From: Candidatus Marinacidobacterales bacterium
Lineage (GTDB): Bacteria; Acidobacteriota; Vicinamibacteria; Marinacidobacterales; DATDRI01
Length of the DNA: 64,000 bases
Assembly (NCBI GenBank): GCA_965226495.1
Contig: OZ245365.1
Coordinates: 2,656,001-2,720,000, forward strand
Reading direction: 5' to 3'
Part shown: positions 50,805 through 60,344 of the stretch, piece after piece
Position numbering within the stretch: the first letter of the stretch is position 1
Layout of the letters: every line of letters begins with the position of its first letter
The notes under the pieces: model-generated
Database searches by the model: none
Told to the model about the DNA's origin: nothing
Seen by the model: only the letters and a program-made list of their open reading frames with translations
Position numbers and translations under genes: made by a program

Positions 50805-50987
50805 ATGGAAGAACAAGTCGTCTTCTGCTGCCCGCACTGCTTGCAGCACTCGTCGGTAACCGTCAATCTGGCCGCCAGGCGCCAGGAGTTCGTTGAAGAC
50901 TGTCAGGTCTGTTGCGCGCCCATTGCGTTCGATATCGAGGTCCGAAACAGCGAAGTCGTTCGCATGGACTACCAGGGGGCAAACTGA
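50805..50987 (+). CDS. CPXCG-motif cysteine-rich protein
   Basis: CPHC...QEFVEDCQVCCAPI. Confidence 0.85.
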   Translation: MEEQVVFCCPHCLQHSSVTVNLAARRQEFVEDCQVCCAPIAFDIEVRNSEVVRMDYQGAN

Positions 50988-51089
50988 TCGCTTGCTGCCG
51001 CTGAATTCGACGATGATTTCATAAGGCTAACGAATCCGAATCCCTCGTTTCCCCACCCAAAGTTGCCTGGTCGTCATGGTTCCCCTCTC

Positions 51090-51164
51090 AAGTCATTGAT
51101 TATGTGGCGTCCCCAGGGGGAGCTATACCCTTTTACGTAAACGGTACGGTGCGGGTGGCGTGAC
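51090..51164. repeat. att-like site: tRNA-Glu 3'-end copy plus element-derived tail
   Basis: 51105-51122 is identical to 61321-61338, both preceded by AAGTCATTGA; the tail is homologous to 57000-57051. Confidence 0.85.
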
Positions 51165-51165
51165 T

Positions 51166-51289
51166 GGTGATGGCGACTTCACGGCCGAGCTTGGTGTCCC
51201 GGGCGCGGTAGACCTCTCCCATTCCCACCCGCGCCAATGGGTTCGAGGATCTCATAGAGACCTAGCTTGGTGCCAGCTTCGAGTGCCAT
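51166..51289 (-). pseudogene. 5' remnant of a Ser/Thr kinase gene
   Basis: MALEAGTKLGLYEILEPIGAG (frameshift) MGEVYRARDTKLGREVAI, then ends at the att-like site. Confidence 0.85.
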
Positions 51290-51292
51290 GAG

Positions 51293-51500
51293 TCAGTTCG
51301 TCGGGACGAGACGCTTCAATTCTTCAAACCAGTTCTGCACGAGGATGAGCTCCGCAGGAGGGGTGTCGTCGCCCGCACCGCCCGCCTTGATCATCAAGAA
51401 ACGCTCACCGTTGGGAGACACGTCGTAGCTACGACCGGCCACTGCAGAAGAGTAATAGGCTCGTAAACCGGGCATGGCTTGCAGCTCCTCAAAGAGACAT
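51293..51500 (-). pseudogene. Collapsed Ser/Thr kinase-TolB gene (possible start plus 3' tail only)
   Basis: RSYDVSPNGERFLMIK...VQNWFEELKRLVPTN paralogous to the end of the 54227 gene; ATG TCT CTT overlaps the previous stop. Confidence 0.8.
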
Positions 51501-54223
51501 CATCTGCGCTCGAGCTCCTGGCTCCAGTTCAAGATCACCTCCAGTTCCGTAATGTCGTCCCGGGCGATCTCCTCGTGGCGCGTCGCGAAGAAGCGCTCCC
51601 CGTCAGAGGTGACGTCGTAGCCTCGCACCGGTGCGCCGCCCATCAGCGGCGCTTGGAACAAGAGCTGCGGCCGCCCGGCTGAGAATTCCGGGCGGGTTTC
51701 GATAGCGACAGCGAAGAAGTCGTTCTCTTTGCGATAGATCAGCTCCGCTCCCTGTTTCGTCCAGGCCGGCGTATCGCCTCCATTCGTGGACACCTGGTGT
51801 CGTCCGCCGGGACCGGGAAAGGGCTCGACCCACACCTCCTCGTTTCCCGTATCATCGGACGTATAGGCAATCCATGCACCATCCGGTGAGATCTCGGGAA
51901 ACTCCTCGTTCCACGACGTCTGCTTGAACGGTCTCGTCGTCTCCCCCTCGCCGAAAGTTTTGATCCAGATGTCGTGCCCGGTGCCATCCCCAGTCGTTAC
52001 GTAAGCGAGGACCTTCCCGTCCGGGGTCCAGGAGGACGGATAATGCGGGGTGTCCCCCAGCGTCAACACCTCCGTGGGCGCGCTGGTATCCGATACGCGC
52101 CAAACGGAACCGCCCCGACCGGAACCAAACGCAATTCGCTCTCCCGTTGGACTCCAGAGCGGGAAAACGCCTTCGGAAACCCGGCGCCACGCCATTCGCG
52201 TAAGGTCGACGATTTCAATAGCGGTCTCCACGCCAAGCGCGAGGAACCGGCCATCTGGAGAGAGGCGTGGTGCCCAGTAGTGGCGCGGTTCCACATCCCA
52301 AACGCTCTCGTTCCCACGACGATCCAGCTCGATGATGGAAGATTTGTGCACCGGGTACGGACCTCCCTTGACGAGGACCAGGCTCCCCGAAGACGACACC
52401 GCGAATTGGCCGGCGTTGGTATGGTTAAAAGGAATGGTGCCTCGAACGGCTTGCATGATGTTCTCGACGACGAGGGTCGGTTCACTGCTCGTTTCTCCTT
52501 TCACCGCGTCGAACGGCGCCGCCCAGAGATTCCCTTCCCGCGCGAAAACCAGGTGACCTGGCTCTACAAAACGAGCATCGGAACCCTCGCCCAGCACACG
52601 GTGTTCGCCGTCATCGTTCAACTGCTGGATCCCGATGCGACCGATGCGATCCGCCGCAGAATCGACCACGGTGAAGAGGACCGCTTCGCCATGCGGCAGG
52701 GCGTGGGGGAGACGATGCGCATATTCTCCGTCGTCACGTCGCACTTCCGTGAGCGGGGAAACCTCGCCGCCTCGCGACGGTACTTTCCACAAGCCTCCGA
52801 GAAACGTCGCGAAAACAATCTCGCCCTCGAGCGTCCAGGTGCCCCCGAAGAAGTTCGCACTCGCATCGAGCCAGCCGGGGATGAGCCTCGTGTAAGAGGC
52901 GTCGTTCTCGAACGCGGCCATCCCTACGATGGTGATGGGCGTTCCGCCGGCGGTACGTACCCTTCTCAGGCTACCGTTCGCGAAGTAGGCGACCCATTCG
53001 CCGTCGGGCGAGAAGAAGGGAGCCACGGCGTCCTCGGTGCCGGCGATGGGAGTCGCCTCCGCTCGATCGAGCTGCCGCCGATAGAGCATCGATTGCTCTC
53101 CGGTGGTCCCACTGAAGACGATCTCGCGCCCATCGGGAGAAAGGGCAAAAGCCGTCAATCGGGGCCGGCCATACGAGGTATCGCTTTGAAGCATCGTTGC
53201 GGGACGGAGTCCCATGCGTAAATGGGTGATTGCCGGTGACGGATCGACGCGAGCGCGAAAAAGCCCCCCGGCCAGAGTACCCAGCAACAATGCGCCGACG
53301 ACCGCAAACAGCCACATCTTCTTCGGAGCTTCCGGCCGGGCTTCTCTAGCGCGCGGCTCCGGGGGCTCCGTCAGAGCCTCTTCCATCTCGATCCGGGCGT
53401 CGGCGATGTCATGAAGTCGCCGATTGGCGTCCTTCTGTAGACATCGGCGCAGCACAACACGTACGCCTGGTGTCGTGGATTCGGGCAGCGCCTTCCAATT
53501 CGGATCGCGTTCTAAGATCCCGGCGATGGTGTCGGAGAGGGTGTCTCCCTGGAAGACCATGCGACCCGTGAGCGCTTCATAGAGACAGCAACCAAAAGCC
53601 CAGATGTCTGTCCGCTTGTCTACGGTTTTTCCACGGGCTTGCTCCGGGCTCATGTAGGCCGCGGTGCCGAGAATGACACCGGTCGCTGTTGCATCTCGGG
53701 TGATGGTCGGCGACTCGGACACCTCACTCTTCACGGGGTCGGCGCTCATCGCCTTGGCCAGACCGAAGTCGAGGACCTTCACTTTGCCTTCGGAGCTGAC
53801 CTTGATGTTCGCCGGTTTCAGATCGCGGTGGATGATTCCTTTCTCGTGAGCCGCCTCCACCGCTTCGGCTATCTGTTTGAAGATGGGAAGAGCGTCCTCG
53901 ACTGGCATAGGGCCGAGCCGGAGCCGCTCTGCGAGAGTTTCTCCGTCGGCGAGTTCCATGACGAGGAACTGGACTCCGTTGGATTGTTCGAAGCCGTAGA
54001 GAGTAGCGATGTTGGGATGATTCAGAGATGCGAGAAGACGCGCTTCGCGCTCGAAGCGGGCTAGGCGTTCTTCGTTCTCGGCGAAGGCTTCGGGCAGGAC
54101 TTTGATCGCAACTTCACGGCCAAGCTTGGTGTCCCGGGCGCGGTAGACCTCTCCCATTCCACCCGCGCCAATGGGATCGAGGATCTCGTACTCGGCGAGC
54201 TTGGTGCCGGGTTCGAGTGCCAT
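51500..54223 (-). CDS. Ser/Thr protein kinase with TM and TolB-like beta-propeller
   Basis: GAGGMGEVY, HRDLKPAN, DFG, SPE; SPDG repeats. Confidence 0.95.
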   Translation of the reverse strand: MALEPGTKLAEYEILDPIGAGGMGEVYRARDTKLGREVAIKVLPEAFAENEERLARFEREARLLASLNHPNIATLYGFEQSNGVQFLVMELADGETLAERLRLGPMPVEDALPIFKQIAEAVEAAHEKGIIHRDLKPANIKVSSEGKVKVLDFGLAKAMSADPVKSEVSESPTITRDATATGVILGTAAYMSPEQARGKTVDKRTDIWAFGCCLYEALTGRMVFQGDTLSDTIAGILERDPNWKALPESTTPGVRVVLRRCLQKDANRRLHDIADARIEMEEALTEPPEPRAREARPEAPKKMWLFAVVGALLLGTLAGGLFRARVDPSPAITHLRMGLRPATMLQSDTSYGRPRLTAFALSPDGREIVFSGTTGEQSMLYRRQLDRAEATPIAGTEDAVAPFFSPDGEWVAYFANGSLRRVRTAGGTPITIVGMAAFENDASYTRLIPGWLDASANFFGGTWTLEGEIVFATFLGGLWKVPSRGGEVSPLTEVRRDDGEYAHRLPHALPHGEAVLFTVVDSAADRIGRIGIQQLNDDGEHRVLGEGSDARFVEPGHLVFAREGNLWAAPFDAVKGETSSEPTLVVENIMQAVRGTIPFNHTNAGQFAVSSSGSLVLVKGGPYPVHKSSIIELDRRGNESVWDVEPRHYWAPRLSPDGRFLALGVETAIEIVDLTRMAWRRVSEGVFPLWSPTGERIAFGSGRGGSVWRVSDTSAPTEVLTLGDTPHYPSSWTPDGKVLAYVTTGDGTGHDIWIKTFGEGETTRPFKQTSWNEEFPEISPDGAWIAYTSDDTGNEEVWVEPFPGPGGRHQVSTNGGDTPAWTKQGAELIYRKENDFFAVAIETRPEFSAGRPQLLFQAPLMGGAPVRGYDVTSDGERFFATRHEEIARDDITELEVILNWSQELERR

Positions 54224-54226
54224 AGG

Positions 54227-56887
54227 TTAGTTGGTGGGAACGAGGCGCTTCAGCTCCTCGAGCCAGTTGAGGACAACGTTGATTTGCGTGAGGCCTGAGC
54301 CCTCTGCGGTCCGAATCATGACGAATCGGCCATCCGGCGCTACGTCGTAATTGGTGGCGGGATTTCCAGCCGACACCCCTGATAGATAACGTCCCTCGAA
54401 CAGCAAAGTCGGTTTCCCCGGAGCTAGCTCCGGCTCCGTCGAGATGGCGACCGCCATCATCTTGTCGCCGTTCCGGTAGAAGAGCTCCCGACCGTCTCGG
54501 GACCACATGGGCTCCGTACCGCCGTCGGTCGATACTTGCCACTTGCCGCCGAGGTCGGGGAAGGGCCTCACGTAGATCTCTTCTCGACCAGACTCGTTGG
54601 AGACATAGGTCAGCCAGCGGTCGTCGGGTGAGAGCATCCCGGTGTGCTCTTCGAAGGGTGTCTGAAGGAGCATCTCCGGCTCGCTCTCACCCTCCAGGCG
54701 GACCATCCCGATGTCGCGACCCGTGATGTCACTATTTTGTCTGAAGACGATCGTCTTCCCATCCGAGGAGATAGATGTGGGTACGCGGTAGGCCCCCGTC
54801 GTCAGTTGCTCGGCGGTGCCGCTTCCGTCCGCGAGCTTGGAGAAAATATTGAAGTCGCCCCCGCCTCGATTCGATCCGAAGATGACCCGTTCACCGTCTC
54901 GCGACCAGATGAACCTTATACTCGTGCCCCCAAAAGTCAGCCGGGTCAAGGTGCCGCGCCCGAGCGCGAACACCCAGACGTCATAGCCGTTTTCGCCCAC
55001 GATAGAGACGGCGAGGCGCTGGCCATCCGGTGAAAGGCGGGGGTCAAAATACCCCCGCAATCCTTCCGCCACAGGTTGCTCCACTCCGTGACGGTCGACC
55101 CAGACCAACTCGCCGGGGATCGCGAGTAAGGTGCCGGACGCGTAGAGCAGCGAACCGTCCTTGGAAAGGCTGAATTGTCCTGCGTCCCCAGCGATGATAT
55201 CCCTGCCGACATCCTCGAGGACGGGAACCGAGGAACCGGCGACCTCGAGCCGCTCGAGATCGAAGGGCATCGCCAGCAGCGAGTTCGCTCGTTGAAAGAC
55301 GATGTGACCGGTGGGGACGTAGTGAGGGTTGCTGCCGCCCTCCGCCAGAATCCGCCGCTCACCCGTTTCCAGCGACTGCACAACAATGCTTGTGTTTCGC
55401 GCGCTGCGCCAGATCGTGTAAAGCAACGCCTTGCCTCCCGGTAGAATCTCGGGCCAGCGCGGGTGCCCTTTTTCTTCGGGGTCGAGGACCGTTACGGGCT
55501 CTGGTGTGCCCCCGGAAGCGGAAACGCGGAAGAGCTCTGACCCAACACTCCGTGAAAAGAAGATCGTGTCATCGGGTCCCCAGCTTGCTCCAAAAAAGGT
55601 GACCACATTGCAGAGGGTCAACGGTGCCCCGCCGGTAATGGAAACCTTCTTGAGCTCGCCTCCAGCATGAAAACCGACCCACTGCCCGTCGGGTGAGAAG
55701 AAGGGGCCACGCGCTCCGTCGGTGCCTGGGAGGGGCGTGGCCTCCAACTGGTCGATGGGGCGCAAATGAAGCCGGGAGGTGCCGCCGCCGCTGCGGGCGA
55801 CGTACACGAGGTTCTGGCCGTCGGGTGAGATGGACAACCCGCCGATGTCGGCTACAAACTCGTCGCCCGGCGGCAGGCGGATGGCAAATCGCTTGAGGGG
55901 AAGCGGGGCGGGGCGGGTCAGGCTCCAAACGACCACGCCCGCCAAGACGGCCCCGAGGAGTACGAGGGCGAGTCCCCCCGGAATGCTTCGGCGGACCATA
56001 GAGGTTTCCGCTTTGCTTGCCGCCCTACCCCCTTCCCCAATCCACTTCACCTCGTCCATGAGGTCATGAGCCGTATGCCAACGGTCTTCCGGGTCTTTCG
56101 CAAGGCATTTCTTGACGACACGGTCGAGCGCCGCCGGAGCCACCGCGCGAAGCTCCGATACGGGGCGGGGCTCGCTCGACATGATCGCGGCGATCAAACT
56201 CGCGGTGCTGTCGCCTTCGAAAGCCTTTTTGCCCGTCACCATCTCGTAGAGCACGGCTCCGAACGCGAAGATATCCGTTCGAGCATCGGCTTCTTTGCCT
56301 TCGAGCTGCTCCGGAGCCATGTACTGGAACGTCCCGAGGATCGAGCCTTCTTTCGTAAGCGGCTGCGCTTCAGTCGGCAACGCCGATAGACCACCGGCAT
56401 TCGTTGCCGCTACCGACATCTTGGCAAGGCCGAAGTCGAGAAGCTTAGCGCCGGATTTCGTCAGCATGATGTTTCCGGGCTTCAAATCACGATGCACGAC
56501 GCCTTGACGATGGGCTTTGTCGAGAGCGTCGGCAATTTCGATTCCGTATTGCAACGCTTGGTCGAGCGGTAGCGCACCTTTCTTCAACCGATCAGCGAGG
56601 GTATCTCCTTCGATGTGCTCCATGACCATGAAGTCGATGCCGTTCTCGCTGCCGATGTCGTGAAGCGTGCATATGTTGGGATGGTTCAGGCTGGAGACGG
56701 CGCGGGCTTCTCGCTCGAATCGCTGGCGAACTTCGGGATGGCTGGCTACATGAGAGGGAAGGACTTTGATGGCAACGGTGCGGTCGAGGCGCGTGTCTTT
56801 GGCCTTGTAAACCTCACCCATGCCACCTGCCCCAAGAGGTGCGAGGATTTCATAGGGACCCAGCTTAGTGCCGGGGGTTAATGACAT
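54227..56887 (-). CDS. Ser/Thr protein kinase with TM and TolB-like beta-propeller
   Basis: GAGGMGEVY, HRDLKPGN, DFG, APE; SPDG repeats. Confidence 0.95.
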   Translation of the reverse strand: MSLTPGTKLGPYEILAPLGAGGMGEVYKAKDTRLDRTVAIKVLPSHVASHPEVRQRFEREARAVSSLNHPNICTLHDIGSENGIDFMVMEHIEGDTLADRLKKGALPLDQALQYGIEIADALDKAHRQGVVHRDLKPGNIMLTKSGAKLLDFGLAKMSVAATNAGGLSALPTEAQPLTKEGSILGTFQYMAPEQLEGKEADARTDIFAFGAVLYEMVTGKKAFEGDSTASLIAAIMSSEPRPVSELRAVAPAALDRVVKKCLAKDPEDRWHTAHDLMDEVKWIGEGGRAASKAETSMVRRSIPGGLALVLLGAVLAGVVVWSLTRPAPLPLKRFAIRLPPGDEFVADIGGLSISPDGQNLVYVARSGGGTSRLHLRPIDQLEATPLPGTDGARGPFFSPDGQWVGFHAGGELKKVSITGGAPLTLCNVVTFFGASWGPDDTIFFSRSVGSELFRVSASGGTPEPVTVLDPEEKGHPRWPEILPGGKALLYTIWRSARNTSIVVQSLETGERRILAEGGSNPHYVPTGHIVFQRANSLLAMPFDLERLEVAGSSVPVLEDVGRDIIAGDAGQFSLSKDGSLLYASGTLLAIPGELVWVDRHGVEQPVAEGLRGYFDPRLSPDGQRLAVSIVGENGYDVWVFALGRGTLTRLTFGGTSIRFIWSRDGERVIFGSNRGGGDFNIFSKLADGSGTAEQLTTGAYRVPTSISSDGKTIVFRQNSDITGRDIGMVRLEGESEPEMLLQTPFEEHTGMLSPDDRWLTYVSNESGREEIYVRPFPDLGGKWQVSTDGGTEPMWSRDGRELFYRNGDKMMAVAISTEPELAPGKPTLLFEGRYLSGVSAGNPATNYDVAPDGRFVMIRTAEGSGLTQINVVLNWLEELKRLVPTN

Positions 56888-56999
56888 GGCTAGCCCGTTG
56901 AAGGAGAAAATAGCCTTGCACAGGCTGAAAAGTCAATAAAGGAGAGATGGCCGACGGAATTGGGTGGGGGATTCGCCTTAGCCGTCAGGGCTTATATCG

Positions 57000-57051
57000 C
57001 CAGGGGAGGTATTCCCTTTTACGTAAGTGGCACGGTGCGGGCGGCGTGACT
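57000..57051. repeat. Second copy of the att-associated tail
   Basis: CCAGGGGAGGTATTCCCTTTTACGTAAGTGGCACGGTGCGGGCGGCGTGACT aligns with 51113-51165. Confidence 0.8.
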
Positions 57052-57190
57052 ATCTGACCTGCTCGCCGTCCACTACGAGCTTCTCAAGCACCCAGTTTCG
57101 CTGTGTATTGGTTCAGCGGGAACGCGACATTGCGGTTAGCAGGATAACGCAGTCGAACACGTGTTGGACTGAGGCTGTTGAAACGGACGA

Positions 57191-58183
57191 TCACGCTGGT
57201 GTCTCCCGGAGTTGAGCGCGGCGTTGACGTCGAAGCTCGCGAGCCGCCTCGAGCTTAGCATCGCGTTGGGTCCAGATGATGTGTTCTCGGCCAGCGAGCT
57301 TGTCGGCGGGTGCGATGTAGCCTGTGGCGCTGTGAAGACGCTTGTCGTTGTAGTAGGTGACGAAGGACGCGACGAGGCGACGGGCGTCGTCGACGGACGC
57401 TGGAGCATTGGGCCGGATGGTCGTGGTTTTGAGCGTCTTGTGCCACGCCTCGATCTTGCCGTTGGACTGCGGGTAGTAGGGTGCGGTTCGAACGTGGGTC
57501 ATGCCTGAGAGTCGAATGAACGCCTTGAAGTCGCGAGCGATGAACTGCGGTCCGTTGTCGCTGATGATGCGAGGGCGAGCATCGGGAAACTTCTCGCGTG
57601 CTCGCTGCAGGATGGTCTCGACTTCGGACTCCTTCATCGACTCGCGGATTTCCCAATGGACAATGAAACGGCTGTAGCCGTCGAGAATCGAGCACAGATA
57701 GTAGAAGGTCCCGGCGAGGTTGAGGTACGAGATGTCGATATGCCAGTGCTTGTGAGCCCCGTCAGGCTGCACGAATCCGCTACCCTTCTTCGATGGCCGA
57801 CCATTGAAGCGATCGAGACGGCCCGCGTCCCGCAGCGTCCGGAACGCCGTCGACGGGCTCACGGCGACGACATCCTCGTCGAGCATCATGAAGCTTAGGC
57901 GACGATAGCCGTCGAGGGGATGGGCATCGAAGTAGTCGAGGATCGCCTCTCGCTCCCGCGCTTCGATCCAGTGATCTCGCGGAATCTTGCCGTTATGCTC
58001 GTGGGCGCGGCCGTAGTGGTCTTTCCACGCGTAGTATTTTCCACGGGCGACACCCAACCACGCTGCGAACCGCGTCGCCGGCAGCTCGGTTGTAGCCGAC
58101 CACTTCGTCACGAAGTCCACGACCTCGTCTCGGGTATCGGGGGGGACCCAGCGACCCGTCAGGGCTCCCCAAGTTCTTTTTTT
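57191..58183 (-). CDS. IS3 transposase OrfB (DDE), reached by -1 frameshift
   Basis: WHIDISY, SDNGPQF, PQSNGKIE, YNDKRLHS; A7G slippery site at 58176-58183. Confidence 0.9.
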   Translation of the reverse strand, partial: KKRTWGALTGRWVPPDTRDEVVDFVTKWSATTELPATRFAAWLGVARGKYYAWKDHYGRAHEHNGKIPRDHWIEAREREAILDYFDAHPLDGYRRLSFMMLDEDVVAVSPSTAFRTLRDAGRLDRFNGRPSKKGSGFVQPDGAHKHWHIDISYLNLAGTFYYLCSILDGYSRFIVHWEIRESMKESEVETILQRAREKFPDARPRIISDNGPQFIARDFKAFIRLSGMTHVRTAPYYPQSNGKIEAWHKTLKTTTIRPNAPASVDDARRLVASFVTYYNDKRLHSATGYIAPADKLAGREHIIWTQRDAKLEAARELRRQRRAQLRETPA

Positions 58184-58485
58184 AGGCGTACAAACTCTTC
58201 CGACACCTCCGCGATCACGTTGTCCTTCTTCGCGAGCTTTGCCCTCAACGATTCGATCTCGCGCGCGAGCCTTTCCTCCTGCCCGTTGCTCTTGCGATGC
58301 CGTGCGCCCCCGTCGAGAGAGGCGGCCATATTCTCCATCAGCTGACGCTGCCAGTTGTAGAACACGCTCGGCTGGATGCCGTGCTCGTCGCACACGTCCG
58401 ACACGGGCTTCTTGTCCACAAGGTGCTGGCGCAGCAACGCGGCCTTTTCCTCGGCGCTGAACTTTCGGCGGGTTTGATGGCTCAT
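58159..58485 (-). CDS. IS3 transposase OrfA
   Basis: RRKFSAEEKA..VSDVCDEHGI..FYNWQRQ HTH and leucine zipper. Confidence 0.88.
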   Translation of the reverse strand: MSHQTRRKFSAEEKAALLRQHLVDKKPVSDVCDEHGIQPSVFYNWQRQLMENMAASLDGGARHRKSNGQEERLAREIESLRAKLAKKDNVIAEVSEEFVRLKKELGEP

Positions 58486-58550
58486 CTGTGACTCCTCTGG
58501 GCTCCTTATCTTGGAGCCGGTTGGTGTCACGTTTCAACTGAACTAGAACA

Positions 58551-59184
58551 GGTCCGGGCCCAGGGCCTTCTCCCATATCGCCAGCGAACGTTGGTAAAGC
58601 GGCTCGGCCTGTGCGTACTGGCCTTGGGTGTCGTAGAGCAAGGCCAGGTTGTTCAGGCTCGTAGCCACATCGGGGTGGTCCGGGCCCAGGGCCTTCTCCC
58701 ATATCGCCAGCGAACGTTGGTAGAGCGGCTCGGCCTGCGCGTACTGGCCTTGGGTTTGGTAGAGCAAGGCCAGGTTGTTCAGGCTCGTAGCCACACCGGG
58801 GTGGTCCGGGCCCAGGGCCTTCTCCCATATCGCCAGCGAACGTTGGTAGAGCGGCTCGGCCTGTGCGTACTGGCCTTGGATTCGGTAGAGCAAGGCCAGG
58901 TTGTTCAGGCTCTCGGCCACATCGGGATGGTCCGGGCCGATGTTTTTCTCGGCTACCTCGAGGGCCTTCTTGGTGACAACAACGGCACGGTCATATTCGC
59001 CCGTACGATAAAGCTCCAGGGACTCCTGATTAAGGAGGTCCCACTCGGCCTCGCGCTGTTGCACTTCGAGCAGACTGGGGCCAGCGCCCTCGTTTGTAGG
59101 CTCAGGTTGATTCGTCCACACGCCGACGGTCAGCACCACACCCACGAGCACAACCCATAACAAGATCGTGCGTCCTGTCGTCAT
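58551..59184 (-). pseudogene. Membrane-anchored TPR protein (42-aa kinesin-light-chain-like repeats) truncated by IS3
   Basis: About three 126-bp repeats GPDHPDVATSLNNLALLY..QGQYAQAEPLYQRSLAIWEKAL, cut at the IS end. Confidence 0.88.
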
Positions 59185-59499
59185 TGTCTCGGGCCACCCT
59201 TATCACAAGTGGGATATTGCCCGCTACAGGTCGCCCGCCCGTGAGATGCGCGTCTGACCGGAAGTCTGACCTACGGATTGTGTGTCCGAGGCACCCTCGC
59301 AAGCTACACTGGCCTTGAGACTTCTGAGAGCTGGTGCCCATTTGGTGCCAAGTATGAAGGCGTCAAAACCCGCAAAGAAAGCCTACAAATCGCAGCAAAA
59401 GCATGGACTTACGCGCCTGGAGATATTGTCACATCCCGTGGACGAAACAGCCGATCCAACCCTCAGACTACTGGCCTCGCAGGGGTATGTGCGCCGTCT

Positions 59500-59730
59500 G
59501 TGTGGGTCCCCTCGACCCCTCCAAAGTGCGGAAGGATTTCCAGCGGTTGCTGAAGAGGGCGGAGATACTGCGCCGCCGGGTGTATGACTCGCAGCACACG
59601 TTTGGCTCGCTGCGACTCGCTGAAGGAACCCCACTCACCTTACGTGAGCCACCAGATGGGCCACAGCTCACCGGAGACGACACTCCGCTACTACGCTCGG
59701 TGGATACCTGACACCAAGTCTCGGTGGTTT
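59500..59730 (+). pseudogene. Tyrosine integrase C-terminal remnant
   Basis: FQRLLKRA..YDSQHTFGSL..G (frameshift) YVSHQMGHSSPETTLRYYARWIP. Confidence 0.8.
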
Positions 59731-59796
59731 GGAACCAAATCTGGAACCAAAGGCGATTTCGACGATGAACGATCCGCGCAAGTTGTTGGATCTACA

Positions 59797-59843
59797 TGGA
59801 GCCGGCGAGAGGATTTGAACCTCCGACCTGCTGATTACGAATC
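59797..59843 (-). other. 3' half of tRNA-Thr(CGT) as att core; not a full tRNA
   Basis: GATTCGTAATCAGCAGGTCGGAGGTTCAAATCCTCTCGCCGGCTCCA; no D-arm or 5' acceptor strand. Confidence 0.85.
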
Positions 59844-60344
59844 CTCTCAGGGGAAAGCTGAGAAGACCGAGCAGAACCAAGAGCGCCAAAAACGGAGAAA
59901 AAGCAAGGACTACGCGTAGTGTTCATGTCTTCCCGGTTCAGCACCTTCAGCCACGTTGGTGACCAATTGGTGACCAAATCCATCGGAGTCGGCGCGAGGG
60001 ATTTCCTGGGGACAGTGACTTCATCAGATACTTGCCCAAAAGAAACGCGGAGGATTTTAAGTCCCCGGCCCGCGCCTATTAATAATGTCACTCCCGATCA
60101 CACTTGTCACAAAATCAGGTACTTAGGGCGGTTACACGAGAACAGCCGGACTGACTCTTCACACCCATCCCCCCGGCGGGAGACACTCCGTAACCGCCTT
60201 GCCCGGTTTGCTCGAGTTCTGCTATCCTCACCAGGACTCACTCGGACTGCACAGCCCCATTCTGGTGGGGAAAATTCGCGGGCCGGCGCTCGGGAGCGTA
60301 TGAATTTTCCTATCCTTAGGTCTTCGCCTGGAATCGCTGGCAGG

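Larger units (their letters stand above)
57104..58550 (-). mobile_element. IS3-family insertion sequence
   Basis: TG..CA ends; IRs TGTTCTAGTTCAGTTGAAACGTGACA / TGTATTGGTTCAGCGGGAACGCGACA; no flanking target duplication. Confidence 0.9.

Noticed and set aside
51974-53221. Long antisense ORFs (also 42671..43600 in an alternative frame and 31475..32227)
   Set aside because: They overlap well-supported genes, have Arg/Gly/Pro-biased composition and are expected at high GC.
51166-56887. Diversity-generating retroelement acting on the kinase C-termini
   Set aside because: No reverse transcriptase is present, and differences between the tails are not adenine-specific.
57191-58828. 545-aa ORF suggesting a repeat-protein/transposase fusion
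   Set aside because: Its N-terminal part is an alternative frame of the TPR repeats and orfA; real OrfB begins at the A7G frameshift site.
58551-58930. Tandem DNA repeats as a possible CRISPR array
   Set aside because: The 126-bp units are contiguous coding TPR repeats with no unique spacers, and no cas genes are present.
59797-59843. Functional tRNA-Thr gene
   Set aside because: Only the 3' half is present; the D-arm and 5' acceptor strand are absent.
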